A stretch of DNA of 64,000 nt, taken from the NCBI GenBank assembly GCA_016748015.1, contig JAAOMT010000128.1:503538-567537 (forward strand), read 5' to 3'. This document shows positions 1 through 12,446 of this stretch, piece after piece. This DNA comes from Geosiphon pyriformis uo1. Its lineage: Eukaryota > Fungi > Glomeromycota. Positions within the stretch are counted from its first letter, which is position 1. Each line of letters starts with the position of its first letter. The translations under genes and the position numbers were made by a program. Below the pieces are notes generated by a model. That model was not told the DNA's origin and searched no databases. It saw only the letters and a list, made by a program, of their open reading frames with translations.

Positions 1-1113
1 AATAGATCCAATTTTATCCAACAAACTCCACTTTAAATCATACTTTCAAATTAAATATCCCAAGAAACCTTTAAATCAAAAAGAAATGAAAAAAAATATT
101 TAAAACTGAATTATCACAACCCAAAGTATTAAAAAACTTACTTGTATTATTTATTAAATGAAACTATTATTCATCAACTGAATCTCTTGGAAGAATAATT
201 CTTGATCAAGATTATTTATGTTATTACTAATTGATAAAAGCTTTATTGTAAGAATTAAAAAAAGCACTAAAGGCCATTAACATTCTGTGTTTCTAGATTA
301 GAGAAACACATTAGGCAATTGCAAGAATAGCCTCAGAGAAGACCCCAAACAGTGAGTAGATTTCAGTTCAGCCTCTAAAAAGAAGTACATAAATACACAC
401 AACAATCAGAAATTGAAGAATAATTTACATTGCAACATTAAAAAAAAAGCCTTCAGTATAACAGTAACATTATCACACAAATAGAATTGAGGAACTCACG
501 AAAGACTGATTGCAATTAAAACGGGATATCAGCAATTAAATATAACAAGAAAACTATCCCGTAACATTTGGTGAACCCTACAAGAAAAAAAAATCAAAAA
601 GGAAATAATAATTAGCAATAATTCATTGCTAAAAAAGAAGAGACAAAAGTGGCAACAAAAACCCCTAATCTTACTGTTCTTGAATTCTGCCGTGCTATTT
701 ACACACAAAATCAAAGTAATCTTGAATTACCAGAAGGGTGTTGTTCAGCAGAATCTATCCACTGTCTGGGGTCTTCTCTGAGGCTATTCTTGCAATTGCC
801 TGATGTGTTTCTCTAATCTAGAAACACAGAATGTTAATGGCCTTTAGTGCTTTTTCTAATTCTTACAATAAAGCTTTTATCAATTAGTAATAACATAAAT
901 AATCTTGATCAAGAATTATTCTTCCAAGAGATTCAGTTGATGAATAATAGTTTCATTCAATAAATAATACAAGTAAGTTTTTTAATACTTTGGGTTGTGA
1001 TAATTCAGTTTTAAATATTTTTTTTCATTTCTTTTTGATTTAAAGGTTTCTTGGGATATTTAATTTGAAAGTATGATTTAAAGTGGAGTTTGTTGGATAA
1101 AATTGGATCTATT
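1..1113. repeat. Long inverted repeat: arm 1 <1-~362, arm 2 ~752-1113, ~390-bp spacer
   Basis: 752-1113 reads as the reverse complement of 1-362 with only a few transitions (e.g. gagaaacacattaggcaattgc vs gcaattgcctgatgtgtttctc). Arm 1 runs off the window edge. Confidence 0.95.
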
Positions 1114-1650
1114 GCTTGATAAGTTATGATTTTTATTACTTGCTTGTTTTTTTCTCAATATTAAAGCTACTGTATATATACATGTTTGTAGTTCTACAAG
1201 AAAACACATTGTAATACTTTCTTTTTGATATTTCAACCTGGTGTTTGTTGCTATCATCAGTTGGTGTTGGCTGCTATTATGAACTGGTGCTTGCAACTAT
1301 TGCAAGATGGTGTTTGCTACTATATTAATTATTACCTTTCTAAGATTATTACTGCACTATATTATGATTGAATAGTTTATATTATTTTTATGATTCTTTT
1401 GCTAAATTCTTAAACCATAACACCGGTACCACCCAAAACCCGAATTTCCAAAACTATTTAAGTCTCCTGGTTATTCTAGAAAATGCCACACTCAACAACC
1501 AGGAACTCGAACAACCACCTACCAGCAATATTCCACCTGCCATGATTACAGAAAATGAATCTCTGGATGCCATTTTTCTATTTGAACTCAAGAAACTGTC
1601 AACCATGCCATTATTCAGTGGAGCCGTACTGGAAGAAAAGCTAATTACCG

Positions 1651-2040
1651 CCATGTACACTGATGCAAAAATTGATGGCCATCCCATCAAACTAATTCTT
1701 GACAGTGGTTCAGCAGGCAGTATCATTGCACGACAACTCATGGATCAATTAGGTCACCAAGTTGATTGAGCTGCCAGTGCCAGAATTATCACAGCTGATG
1801 GAGCAACCAAGACTCCAATTGGTGAAATCGATGACTTACCAATTGAAATTAATGGCATCATAGTACCAATCAAAGTACTTGTCATAGAAGCCACCCAATA
1901 CCAAGCTCTAGTTGGTAATGACTGGCTGTCCAAGATGAACACCACTCTAGACTGGAACACACAAGAGCTTCAACTCAGCCAGAACGGACAACACACACAG
2001 GTACCAGCTACGTGTGGTTACTTCAAGACTACCAACTCAT
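1651..2040 (+). pseudogene. Retropepsin aspartic protease (family A)
   Basis: YTDAKIDGHPIKLILDSGSAGSII motif and downstream ALVGNDWL; internal TGA at 1767. Confidence 0.9.
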
Positions 2041-3257
2041 TAGCACCACTAATTGACTTCGAAGAAAAGACAAAACCTACCTGGGAAGCCTACCAAGTCT
2101 TATGAGTTGACTCAAACTACAACAAACTACTGCCAATACTCTCATGGAATGACAATTCCAAGGGAAAACAAAAAGAAGAACTGACCTGGAAGACAGATGA
2201 TTTGACCTGAACTGACAATGAACAGGAAGAACTATTGAGTTGGGAGTGAAAAGAAGAAAAGAGAAAAGGAAAAGAGAGGGAGGAGAAAAACACTTAAGTC
2301 AACAACACTTATATCCCATACACCTACAGTTAACAACAATCATTGACCTATTGCCAACTCAAACTGATATGCATTGATTGCAGCAAGAAATTGTCATCAA
2401 TGAGCACATGCTGTGGCGACAATGAAGAATATCAGATGGCAACCAAGTTCTATTGTTGTGCATGCCTCATTAAACATTTTGGAAGACCAAAACAAGTGGG
2501 AAAATGGGATAATACACCATGTCTAGCCTGTGGAGAAACTCTTCTTGATGAAGGAATGTGGAACAATATTCCTGGGAAAGGAGGAACATGCAATATTTCC
2601 TGCCAATACACAATTCTCATCAGCAACTAGGTCGAGAAAGAGACACCAATAGAAGCCACTTGGAGAAGAACTGTACAGTGATTGGACAGTTGTTCATATG
2701 ACAATGATAAATTATGGCGAATGGCAATCGCCAAAATTGAAGACACATCACTAGAAGAAATTAGGACAATTAAAAACAACCCACCAGAACCCATTGAGCT
2801 TGACTGGAATGTAGAGCCAGTCATAAATTTTCTGGAACCAAAAGAGTTCCATAAGCACTACCAAAACTTGGCACCCACTAGAAAGGAGCAAGAACAATGG
2901 CTAGTACAGTTGAATACAAGACTGTATCACTATTGTTTAATTCCCAGTGACTTTGAATATTGTGACAATTGTGATCTTATTTACAATCCACCACCATGCA
3001 TGATCTACATGATCTCCAAAGAGAAAGAACCAATTAGCAGCTGTGCATCGGAGTCGGAATTGCCGATCAATCATGATTCAAACTCCGACAACAATAACAA
3101 CAACAATAGTTCAAGCTCCGTTCAAAATGGCAATGACAATGACAATAATTTCAACTCAGATTCAAACTCTGATACAAAATATGAACAATATATTGCACTA
3201 CCAGATCTCTCCAAGGAGCAAGAGTTGAAATAGTATAGTGACAATAGAGAAGATATC

Positions 3258-3653
3258 ATGCCAGAATGCGCGCATGATACTGATGCCGGGTTTGATCTGA
3301 GGTATCCAGAAAAAGAAGCCATCAAATTAGAACCACATTTACACACCTGTATTGATCTGAAAATAGCGCTGGAAATTCCAGCAACAACAATGGTTTAATT
3401 AGCATCTAGGAGTAGTTTAGTGAAAAGAGAGATTAATATAAAAGGAGGAATAATTAACATGGGATATATAGGAAATATTATCGCTATGCTACAAAATAAC
3501 TCAGAAAAGACTTATATAATAGAGCCCAATGAAAAGATAGTACAGACAATATTCCTGCCTCTGGTTAAAATAGCTCAATTAGTGTCAGTGAGAAATAGGG
3601 AAGAGTTAGGAATAACAGCGAAAAGGATACAGGGATTTGGGTTAACGGATAGA
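3258..3653 (+). pseudogene. Trimeric dUTPase domain within pol
   Basis: All five dUTPase motifs in order, some decayed: DAGFDL, LASRSSL, GGIINMGYIG (GxIDxGYxG), EKIVQ (RIAQ), RIQGFGLTD (RGxxGFGSTG). One internal stop. Confidence 0.9.
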
Positions 3654-4082
3654 ATAGATGTACCAGTTAATATGGCGGAGGAAGAAATTGTTGACCAAGA
3701 AGAAATTATCTCAACCAGTCAAGCTATTTTCATTCCACTATATAGCCAGTACATGCTAGCAATAGAAAGAAAGGAAAAGGAGCAAGAACAGATTTTTGAA
3801 GTGGAAGCAAACCTTTATGAATCAGGAGAGATTGGACTGATCAATCTTTACATACCAGCCAAAAGCTATAGCCACATAAAAATTCCTATCTACAACAACA
3901 CTGACAATGTTATCAACATACCAGAAGGAACCACCATCGAATATTTAACCACAGAAATAGAAGATCAACCACCAAACCCCATTCCAGACTTTCCACAACT
4001 TTGTGGATATGTCGACATCACATCACAAACCATCTTTGGACAAGACAAATGTTATTTGCTCTAATCAGAACAATTAGAACAA

Positions 4083-5482
4083 ATGAACATGAGAAATCTG
4101 GACCCACTACAATGTATGCAGCTTAAGATATTGCTTAACAATTTCAATGACATCTTTGCCAGCAAAAATAAGTTTGGCCAAACTGACATCATCCAACATC
4201 AGATAAAGACTGGAGATGCAATGCCAATTAAACAAAAAGCATACAGAGTGCCACTAGCCACCCACGAGATTATTTGTCAAGAGATAAACTGAATGCTAAA
4301 CAATGGGCTAATTCAACCATCAATAAGCCCATAGTTGTCACCAATGGTACTTGTCCATAAGAAGAATGGAAAAATCTGATTTTGTGTGGACTACAGGAAA
4401 CTCAACGGTGTAACTTGTGGAAATAGCTACTTCACTTCACAGATCCAAAAATTATTTGACGCTTTCAGTAGAAACAAATGATTTTTAACATTAGACCTGA
4501 ACAGTGGTTACTGGCAAGTAGCCATGGATTCAGCCGACAAAGAAAAAATGGCATTCACTACCAGAGAAGAGAATTTTGAATTTGAAGTAATGCCATTTGG
4601 CTTAACCAATACACCAGCCACTTTCCAAAGACTAATGAAAATTGTTTATACTGACTTATTGTGGAAATCAGTAGTTGTATACTTGAACAACACCAATGTA
4701 TTCTCAAAAACATTTGATAATCATCTTCATCATTTTCAACAAGTGTTCGAAAGACTAAGAAGAACAGGACTAAAGTTAAATACAACAAAGTGTTTTTTTG
4801 GCAAAACAGAACTAAAATTCTTGGAACACATAGTTAGCAAAGACAACATCAAAACAGATCCAGAGAAAATAGAGATAGTAAAGAACTTTCCAGTACTGAC
4901 AAATATGACAGAACTGAAATCATTCTTGGGATTCACCAGCTACTATCGACATTTTATCAAGAACTTTTCCAAGATAGCGCAGCCACTCAACCAACTGTAA
5001 ACCAAGAATACAAAATATAAATGGACAGAAAGTCAACAAGAAGCTTTTGATATTCTGAGAAGAAAGCTCATTTAAGCTCTAGTACTAATCTATCCAGATC
5101 ACAGCAAACCATTCATCATCACTACCAATGCATCTGGCCAAGCATTGGGAGCAGTACTATCTCAGAGAAACCAGACAGCAGAGAACATCCAGTAGTATAT
5201 GCCAGCAGAGGTTTAACACCAGCCAAAAAAAACTATGGAACACTGGAACAAGAACACTTAGCAATATACTAGACAATCATGAAATAGAAAAAATACTTGA
5301 GCCAGAAGTTTAAAGTATACACAGATTACAAAGGATTAACATCACTTCAAAAACAAGAATTTGGAGATGGAAAACAGTCAAGATGGAAAATGGCACTCAC
5401 ACCATATAATTATACTATACATTATAAAAAGAGAAAAGACAATGGAAATGTTGACAGTTTGTTGTGAATGAGACAAATCTAA
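4083..5482 (+). pseudogene. Reverse transcriptase + RNase H (family A)
   Basis: FCVDYRKLN, LDLNSGYWQV, VMPFGLTNTPATFQ, VYLNN (decayed YLDD), SFLGFTSYYRHF, TTNASGQALGAVL. Confidence 0.93.
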
Positions 5483-5544
5483 GAACATTTCAACCCAAAA
5501 ATATAACAAAACCAGAACAATACCAATGAAAAATATAATAAAAG

Positions 5545-6927
5545 ATGAACATACAAAAATATCAATAACTGCTATATTATATAAACACTCAACAGTTCAA
5601 GGAGAATTTATCTCAAATGAAATGAAAAAGTATCAAACAACAATCAAAATATTTTATCACTCACCAAAATATACTTTATTGGAAAAATAAAAGAGATCTA
5701 GAGCAACCAACCAGAGTAATTACAGAGCCAGAAAAAGAGATAATATTATTCAACATGTACTCAAATCCAACAACAGGACACTTTCACAAAGAAGCAACCA
5801 TGAAAAGAACCAAAAAAAGATACTATTGGCCATCAATGTATCCAAACATCATCCAATATGTTCAAAATTGTGATGTTTGTCAGTGAAAAAGAGATACAAA
5901 ACCCAGTGAACCATTAAGACCAATCAAAGTGGGACAACCATTCGACTGTATTGGAATTAATCTAGTTGGACCATTAACAATTACCAGAGGAGAAAACAGG
6001 TACATAGCAGTAGCCATGGACTATCTCACTAAATGGCCAGAGGCAAAAGCAATTCAAAGAGCGGATGCAGAATCCGTTGCCAAATTTGTTCATCAAGATT
6101 TAATTTGTTAACACGGATGTCCAAAAGAATTATTATCAGACCAAAAAACTTATTTTGTGAACAGAACATTAACAGAATTGAGCCAAAGATTCGGAATTAA
6201 GAGACCACTATTATCATCATACTATCCACAAACCAACGGATTAGTCGAAAGATTCAACAGAACATTGTGTGAAGCAATAACTAAGCTCAGCCAAGAAAAC
6301 CAAAACGATTGGGATGTGTTGATACCATCAGTACTATTTGCTTATCAAACAATGAAGCAAGACACTACACAAGCAACACTATTTAAATTAGTATATGGTA
6401 GAACAGCAACATTACCAGTAAAGATAGAGGTCAACACATATCCAACTGAACCAATAACAGAAGAAAATTTCCAAGAAACATTGTTAAAAAAAACATATGA
6501 CTTAATAGAAACATTGAAAAACAAACAAAGAAGAGCAGCTGATAACATACAAAAGTTACAAGAGAAACAGAAAGAAAGACATAATAATCAACTACCAGAC
6601 AAACCAGTTAAATTCAAGATTGAAGACAAAGTATTCTTACATCATACCAAAGCAGAAAAACAATAGAGTGAAAAATTTGACCCCAAATAGGATGGACCAT
6701 TTCACATAGAAGAAATTCTAGGGAATAGAGTTTACAAATTAAAACTGGACAACAAAATCTTAACCAAAGCAGCACATGGAGATCGACTGAAACTATACCA
6801 CAACACCATACCACCATCTACCAGTAATATTCCACAATTAGAAGTACAGAGAATACTAGTCCACCCAGATCAGATTCTACAAAATCTGGAACCAATCATT
6901 ATTATTAACAACAACACATCAAATTAA
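5545..6927 (+). pseudogene. Integrase (family A), apparently a separate ORF
   Basis: GHFHKEAT..YYWP..CDVCQ zinc finger, MDYLTKWPEA, PQTNGLVERFNRTL, DGPF motif; no chromodomain. Own ATG at 5545. Confidence 0.9.
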
Positions 6928-6951
6928 TCCATTAAAAAAATATATAAAGAC

Positions 6952-7611
6952 ATGATAAACACAATGGGAAATATCAGAAAAATGGAAATTACAGACAACA
7001 TTCACTCACTAGCACAACAACTCTTTCAATTGATCCAACACCAGGAAATGGAGATTACAATCAATCAACAAACCATTCGATATCAAGATACTAAAAAGAC
7101 ATTGCAACCCAGAACACAGAAGAAAACTGAAAATACTGTGGACAAAATTATTGCGAAAGTAAAATTAGCAATAAAAGAGTCAACAAAAGAGGCACTATAT
7201 CAAGAGTTGACTAAAGAAACTTGAAATTGGTGGATACAACAATTTTCATGAAACTATTGTTATTTTTACTTGGAACAACATGTAAATATCCAAAATCTAT
7301 ATACAAATAAAACAAAGTGATTATTTGACAAAAGAATACTACAACAATTAGAACATTTTGTGAGAAAAAACAACTTATTCACACAAGCCCAAGCTATATA
7401 TTGAATACACACAGCATTTCAGAATAGACCAGAAATATTACTCAACAAAGCAATGAATATGGTTACCAGTAATCAATTGGGAAAGATCATCAATGTTCAA
7501 TTTGAAGAATTACAGACCCAAATAACACAAGTAATTCTCGAAAACGAAATCCAAAAAATACTTTAAGAGGAGGAATTAAATGAGTTGGATTTTGACAGAG
7601 CTCAATATTAA
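6952..7611 (+). pseudogene. Extra 3' ORF (ORF3) of family A, unknown function
   Basis: ATG 24 nt after the IN stop; ~219 codons with stops and a frameshift; ends at the PPT. Confidence 0.6.
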
Positions 7612-7624
7612 AAAGAGGGAATAA

Positions 7625-8444
7625 TGTTACTCATAGAAATATAGAAAATATATTAGCATGATTATTAGCCAATCAGAAGTAGACATAGTAAATGTGAAAT
7701 TCCAGGATTTCTTTCAGGAATTGCAGGATTCCAGAAATTTCAGGATTTTCCAACGAGGAATTGCAGGATTCCAGGAATTCCAGGATTCCTGTCATGAAAA
7801 ATTGAGGAATTGAGGAATCTCAATTATATATATATAGCAGCAGGATTAGAAGCTGAAAAGACAGATCTCTTAGTTTTAGATTTAATCTAAGCAACTCTTC
7901 AAATTACAATCATCTAATAAATAACTATTTGTTATCTTAAACCCATTTCCACTATTAACACTTCATGTTGATAGTAATTGATACTTAACCACACTGGAAC
8001 AATAGCTCTTGATCATGGCTATTGATGGAATACTAACTTGCAAATCATCTTGGCTTATTTTTTTTCTTTCTTTATTTTCTTGCTTTGATTTTATTGTTGT
8101 TTACTAACTCTATTGAGGATTAATGCACGGGGCACTGACATTAGAATAAACGTGACTGGTAAAAAACCCAGAAATAAGGGTAGAACACTCAATTGAGGAT
8201 AGCTTACCAGGAGGAATACTGGCCATCAAGCTAAGAAAAAAATTGACAAAACTGCAGTTTTGGGAAGCTACGGAAAAAACTATTATCATTGAATCTCTGT
8301 TCATTATATAAAGAACTCAACCAAACCCTTTAGATACAAAATCTTCAGATACCAAACCTTTAGATTATTGACAATGAGAATAGTTTTGAGCACCAAGTTA
8401 CAGATTTGTATTTAATTCAACACCAGAAATTGTCACCTGTAACA
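7625..8444 (+). repeat. 3' LTR of family A (~820 bp), preceded by PPT AAAAGAGGGAATAA
   Basis: TGTTAC...GTAACA termini; GGAATTCCA-like repeats ~7697-7820; TATA run ~7825. A homologous reverse copy at 8879-9699 supports the extent. Confidence 0.85.
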
Positions 8445-8878
8445 GCATTTAGGTTTTGTTCTCTTTGAGAGAATTTATGAGAGATATATTGTAACTGATG
8501 GTCAAATAGTATCAGAAAATACTTATCACTTTATTTGGAATATTTATCAAACTGTTTATTGTGCTTAGAAAGAGGCTAGTTTAGGCACTGGAGTTATAAG
8601 TAAGATGATAATTAGTGGTATTAATTGGGCTAGTACTACTAAAATTTAGCATTCAAACTTACATATACTTTCAAAGTTTATAAGCAAGACTTTAACTACT
8701 TTACATACATATTTAATAAAAGTGGTTCACAAAAAACTGTTTGTTGCTATTAAAAAAAACTTTATAACAAAGATTACTCTAGAGTTTTGTGCTTAATATG
8801 TAGTAATATTAAACTGTCTGATCATGTTTTTATTTATTTAAGAGAAGCTAAAACACACTCTAAGATTTTGTTGAATTA
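8445..8878 (+). pseudogene. Decayed fragment of a LINE ORF2 C-terminus (different family from the main LINE)
   Basis: Translates to INWASTTKI*H..TLHTYLIKVVHKKL..VLCLICSNIKLSDHVF, paralleling VDWKSTTKVW..CKIC..HFW at the end of the main LINE ORF2. Confidence 0.65.
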
Positions 8879-11743
8879 TTTTTATAAGTAATTATTTAAA
8901 GTGTTAAAATAAATAATAAACTTATAATTTGATACTCAATAGCTGTAAATATTAATAATTTCTGAAGATTTTAAAGTCTAAAAGTTTTGATTAAGTTTTT
9001 TGTAAAATGAACAAAGATTCAATTATTGGTTTCTTTTGTGAATTTTTTTCTTTAGCATAATGACCAGTTTATTCTAACAGTTATGTTTTTTTGGTAAGCT
9101 ATCCTTAAATTTCTACTTTTGTTTTTGAGTTTTTTACCAGACTATTTTTAACGTCAAATACTTAGTACTTAATTCTTTTAATTAATTAGTAAACAACAAA
9201 AAAATAAAACAAAAAATAAAAGAAAATAAGAAAAGAAATAAGAAATTAGTATCTTATTAATAGTTGTAATCAAGACCTATTGGTTTAGTATAATTAAGTA
9301 TTAAATTTTATTAACATAAAGTATTAATAATATAGAATAGATTAATATTTCTTTAATCAAGTAATAATAATATGGATTTAATAATAATAGATAATTTTAT
9401 TAATATAAAAATAATTTTATTTTAAGTTATAGAAAACTATTTTTTGAAGAAAAGAATAGTGTTGTTTTGAACTGAATTGTTTGTCTTTCTTGTTTTTAAT
9501 ACTTTCACTATATATACATAATTTGTGTTATATAAAATTTTTTAAAATACTTCAATTCTTTTAAAAAGAATCTTGGAATTCTAAAATTTTGGAATTTTGC
9601 AATTTCTCAAAAAAAATTCTATAATTTCTTTTTTTACTATATTAATTTTTAATTGGCTATTTTATCTATTATTCTAATTTCTAATTTCTATAAGTAACAT
9701 TATTTTTTTTTTAATATTGAGTTTTATTAAAATCTTCTAAATTTCTTAAATTTTTCTCTTAAATTAGCTTCAGAACTTCTTTTTTAAGAATTGTCTTTGT
9801 AATTCTGGTCTGTAATTCTTCAAATTATATATTAATTAATTTTTTTAGTTAATTAATAATTATTGTACTTATTTCTAATATATAGTAGTATTTCTAACCA
9901 ATTCTAAAATCTTATCTGTAATCTGTAAATGGTTTTTGCATATATAAATAAATTGCTTTTTTTCATAATTTGTTTAATTTGTTGTGTTATAAGTTGGAGT
10001 AAGAACAGAATTGTAAAGTGATAAAAAAAATCAAAGAGAATTCAATTTTAAAGAACAAAGTGAATGAGTATAAATTCAATATGTGAAATCAGTCTTATAA
10101 AATATTTCAGTTACTATACTTTTCAAAAGATAACCAAGAATCTGAAGGTAGAGAAATAGTTCATACTGTTAACAAATGATTACACACTGGTATAATTTTA
10201 TGCCTCATATTGACACTCTTAGAATTCAATATCAGATATTAAATGTACTCTTTAATCACGTTTTATTCAATAATTTTCAAATGCTACAATTATATGTTTT
10301 AAGAAAAAGTAAGAAATAACCAACAAGTAATCTTTTATCCTAAGATGTTCAGATATTTAAAGGTAGAAAAAAAGAAATTTAGCAATAAAAGAAGGATTGA
10401 GATAAAAGTTGTTATTTTTATTTATTTGATTTCCTTAATTTCTAATATGCCTTGTATTTCTGATATGCTTTTCTATAGTTAAGAAATTTATTGCTTATAT
10501 AACTATCAAAAGTGGTCAATAATCAGATCAATAACTAGATCAATAATTAGGTCAATAATCAAGTCAATAATTGGATTAATGATCAAGTCAATAATCAAAT
10601 CAATGATTAGGTTATTGATTAGGTCAATAATTACTATCTAAAAATAAGGTGGCTAATTATATGACATTAGTGGTTAATACATGTGATAACTAATAAAAAG
10701 TATGAGTTTTAATCATAATAGTACTATAGTTAGATCAAACATCCTTTTGGTTTTATTTATGTATAAGTTCTAAATGTTTATTTTCTGTCCTAATTAATAA
10801 TAGCAAAAGTTCTTAAGAATTGGTTGTGTCTATTGGTTTCAATTTTTTAAAATAAATTTTTTATCTGGTATTAATATTCTTAAAATTTTCAATGTTTTTT
10901 TTACTTTTCTTATTATTTTGTTTACTGGATTTCCAAAAGTATAATATCTGAAATATTGTTTTTTACTTTGGGATCTTTGAATTATTTTTTTGTTTTTATA
11001 TTGTATTGTTTATTTATTAATGATAACTTTAAAACTTAATTTTTAATATTGGATAAGTTATAAAAATTGTTGTACAAATAAGTAAATTTTGTCAATAATT
11101 TCTATCTTTATTATTGTTTTTATCATGTGTGTTGGTTTTTTATATACTATTCTGGTTAATTAATTTAATATATTTGTTTTAATAATTATGATTGGTTTTA
11201 AATCTTGTAAAATCTTATCTGATTTGATTAGTATTTGTTGTATTCCCAATTGTGAAATATTACTGATAGATAATAATGATATATTATAGTATAGTTTTAG
11301 TTAATTACTATGTGCTGCTTTGATTAAGATTTTGTTGTTCTATCTTAATTTATAAGCTCTATTTCTTAGAATTTTTTTAATGTAAAATGATCCATTCCAT
11401 TTGAGATTGAATTTTCTATTCCATTGTTTTTCTGCTTTGGTATAATATAAAAATACTTTGTTTTCAATCCTGAATTTGACTGGTTTATTTGATAATTGAT
11501 TATTATATTGTTCTTTTTGTTTTGTTTGCAACTTTTATATATTATCAGCTACTTTTTGTCTTTTGTTTTCTAGAGTTTCCATTAAGTTATATGGAAGTTG
11601 GTTTTTGTTATTGGTTCAATTAAATATATATAAATATTTATTTCAACAGATAATATTGCTGTTCTAATATAGACTAGTTTAAATAGTATTGTTTGTATAA
11701 TATTTTGCTTCATTGTCTAATAAGCAAATAATACTAATAGTAT
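8879..11743 (-). mobile_element. Old, extremely AT-eroded family-A-related Gypsy 3' half (IN end, ORF3, LTR 8879-9699)
   Basis: ORF 11340-11531 matches the family-A IN C-terminus (KPVKFRIENKVFL..KAEKQW..WNGSF). The LTR aligns with 7625-8444 in reverse. Confidence 0.85.
9985..10720 (-). repeat. Family-B LTR (lone, decayed) inside the old family-A copy
   Basis: Homologous end to end with the other B LTRs, including the 12-bp array. No PBS or PPT adjacent; no TSD recognisable. Confidence 0.85.
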
Positions 11744-12422
11744 TGTTATGGTTAAAACTTATACTTCTTATGAATTATTACATGTATTAGCCACTAATAT
11801 CATATAAATTAGCCACTCTAATTTTAAAAAGTGATCATTGACCTGATCAATGACCTGACTGTTGACTTGATTATTGACCTAATTATTGACCACTTTTGAT
11901 AGCTATATAAGTGATTAATCTCTTAGCTGTAGAAAAGCATGTAAAAATCAATGAAATTAAATAAATAAAATAACAACTTTTATCTCAATCATTTTCTTAT
12001 TGCTAAATTCCCTTTCCCTATCTTCAAGTATCTGAATATTTTGGAATAAAAGATCACTTATTGGTTATTTCTTACTCTTTTCCTAAAACATGTAATTGCA
12101 GTATTTGAAAATTATTGAATAAAATATAACTGAAAAGCACATCTGATACCTAATATTGAATTCTAAAAATGTTAACATAAGACATAGAATTATACCAGTG
12201 TGTGATCATTTGTTGACAGTACAGACTATCTCTCTACTTTTAGATCTCTGGTTATCTTTAGAAAAGTACAGCAACTGAGATATTTTATGAGACTGATCTT
12301 GTATATTGAATTCATACTCATTTAATTCACTCTTTGAAGTTGAATTCTTTTTGATTCCTTTTACCACTCTACAATCCTGTTTTCCCTTGCTATCTGTTAG
12401 CTTGTTACTCCAATCTATAACA
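11744..12422 (+). repeat. Family-B 5' LTR
   Basis: TGTTAT...ATAACA termini, followed by the PBS. Confidence 0.93.
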
Positions 12423-12428
12423 TAAAAG

Positions 12429-12446
12429 TGGTGCTCCCTGTGAGGT
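12429..12446 (+). promoter_or_regulatory. Primer binding site TGGTGCTCCCTGTGAGGT (elongator tRNA-Met type)
   Basis: Starts with TGG, 6 nt after the LTR. Its complement ACCTCACAGGGAGCACCA resembles eukaryotic elongator tRNA-Met 3' ends. Also at 23961-23978 (-), 42108-42125 (+) and 59028-59045 (-, decayed). Confidence 0.85.

Larger units (their letters stand above)
1412..8444 (+). mobile_element. Ty3/Gypsy LTR retrotransposon family A (dUTPase-bearing), 5'-truncated, decayed
   Basis: Domain order PR - Cys-rich spacer - dUTPase - RT - RNaseH - IN - extra ORF - PPT - LTR; many in-frame stops. Confidence 0.93.

Noticed and set aside
7625-7960. A short 336-bp family-A LTR ending at TAACA 7960
   Set aside because: Homology with the second copy continues past 7960 to GTAACA at 8444.
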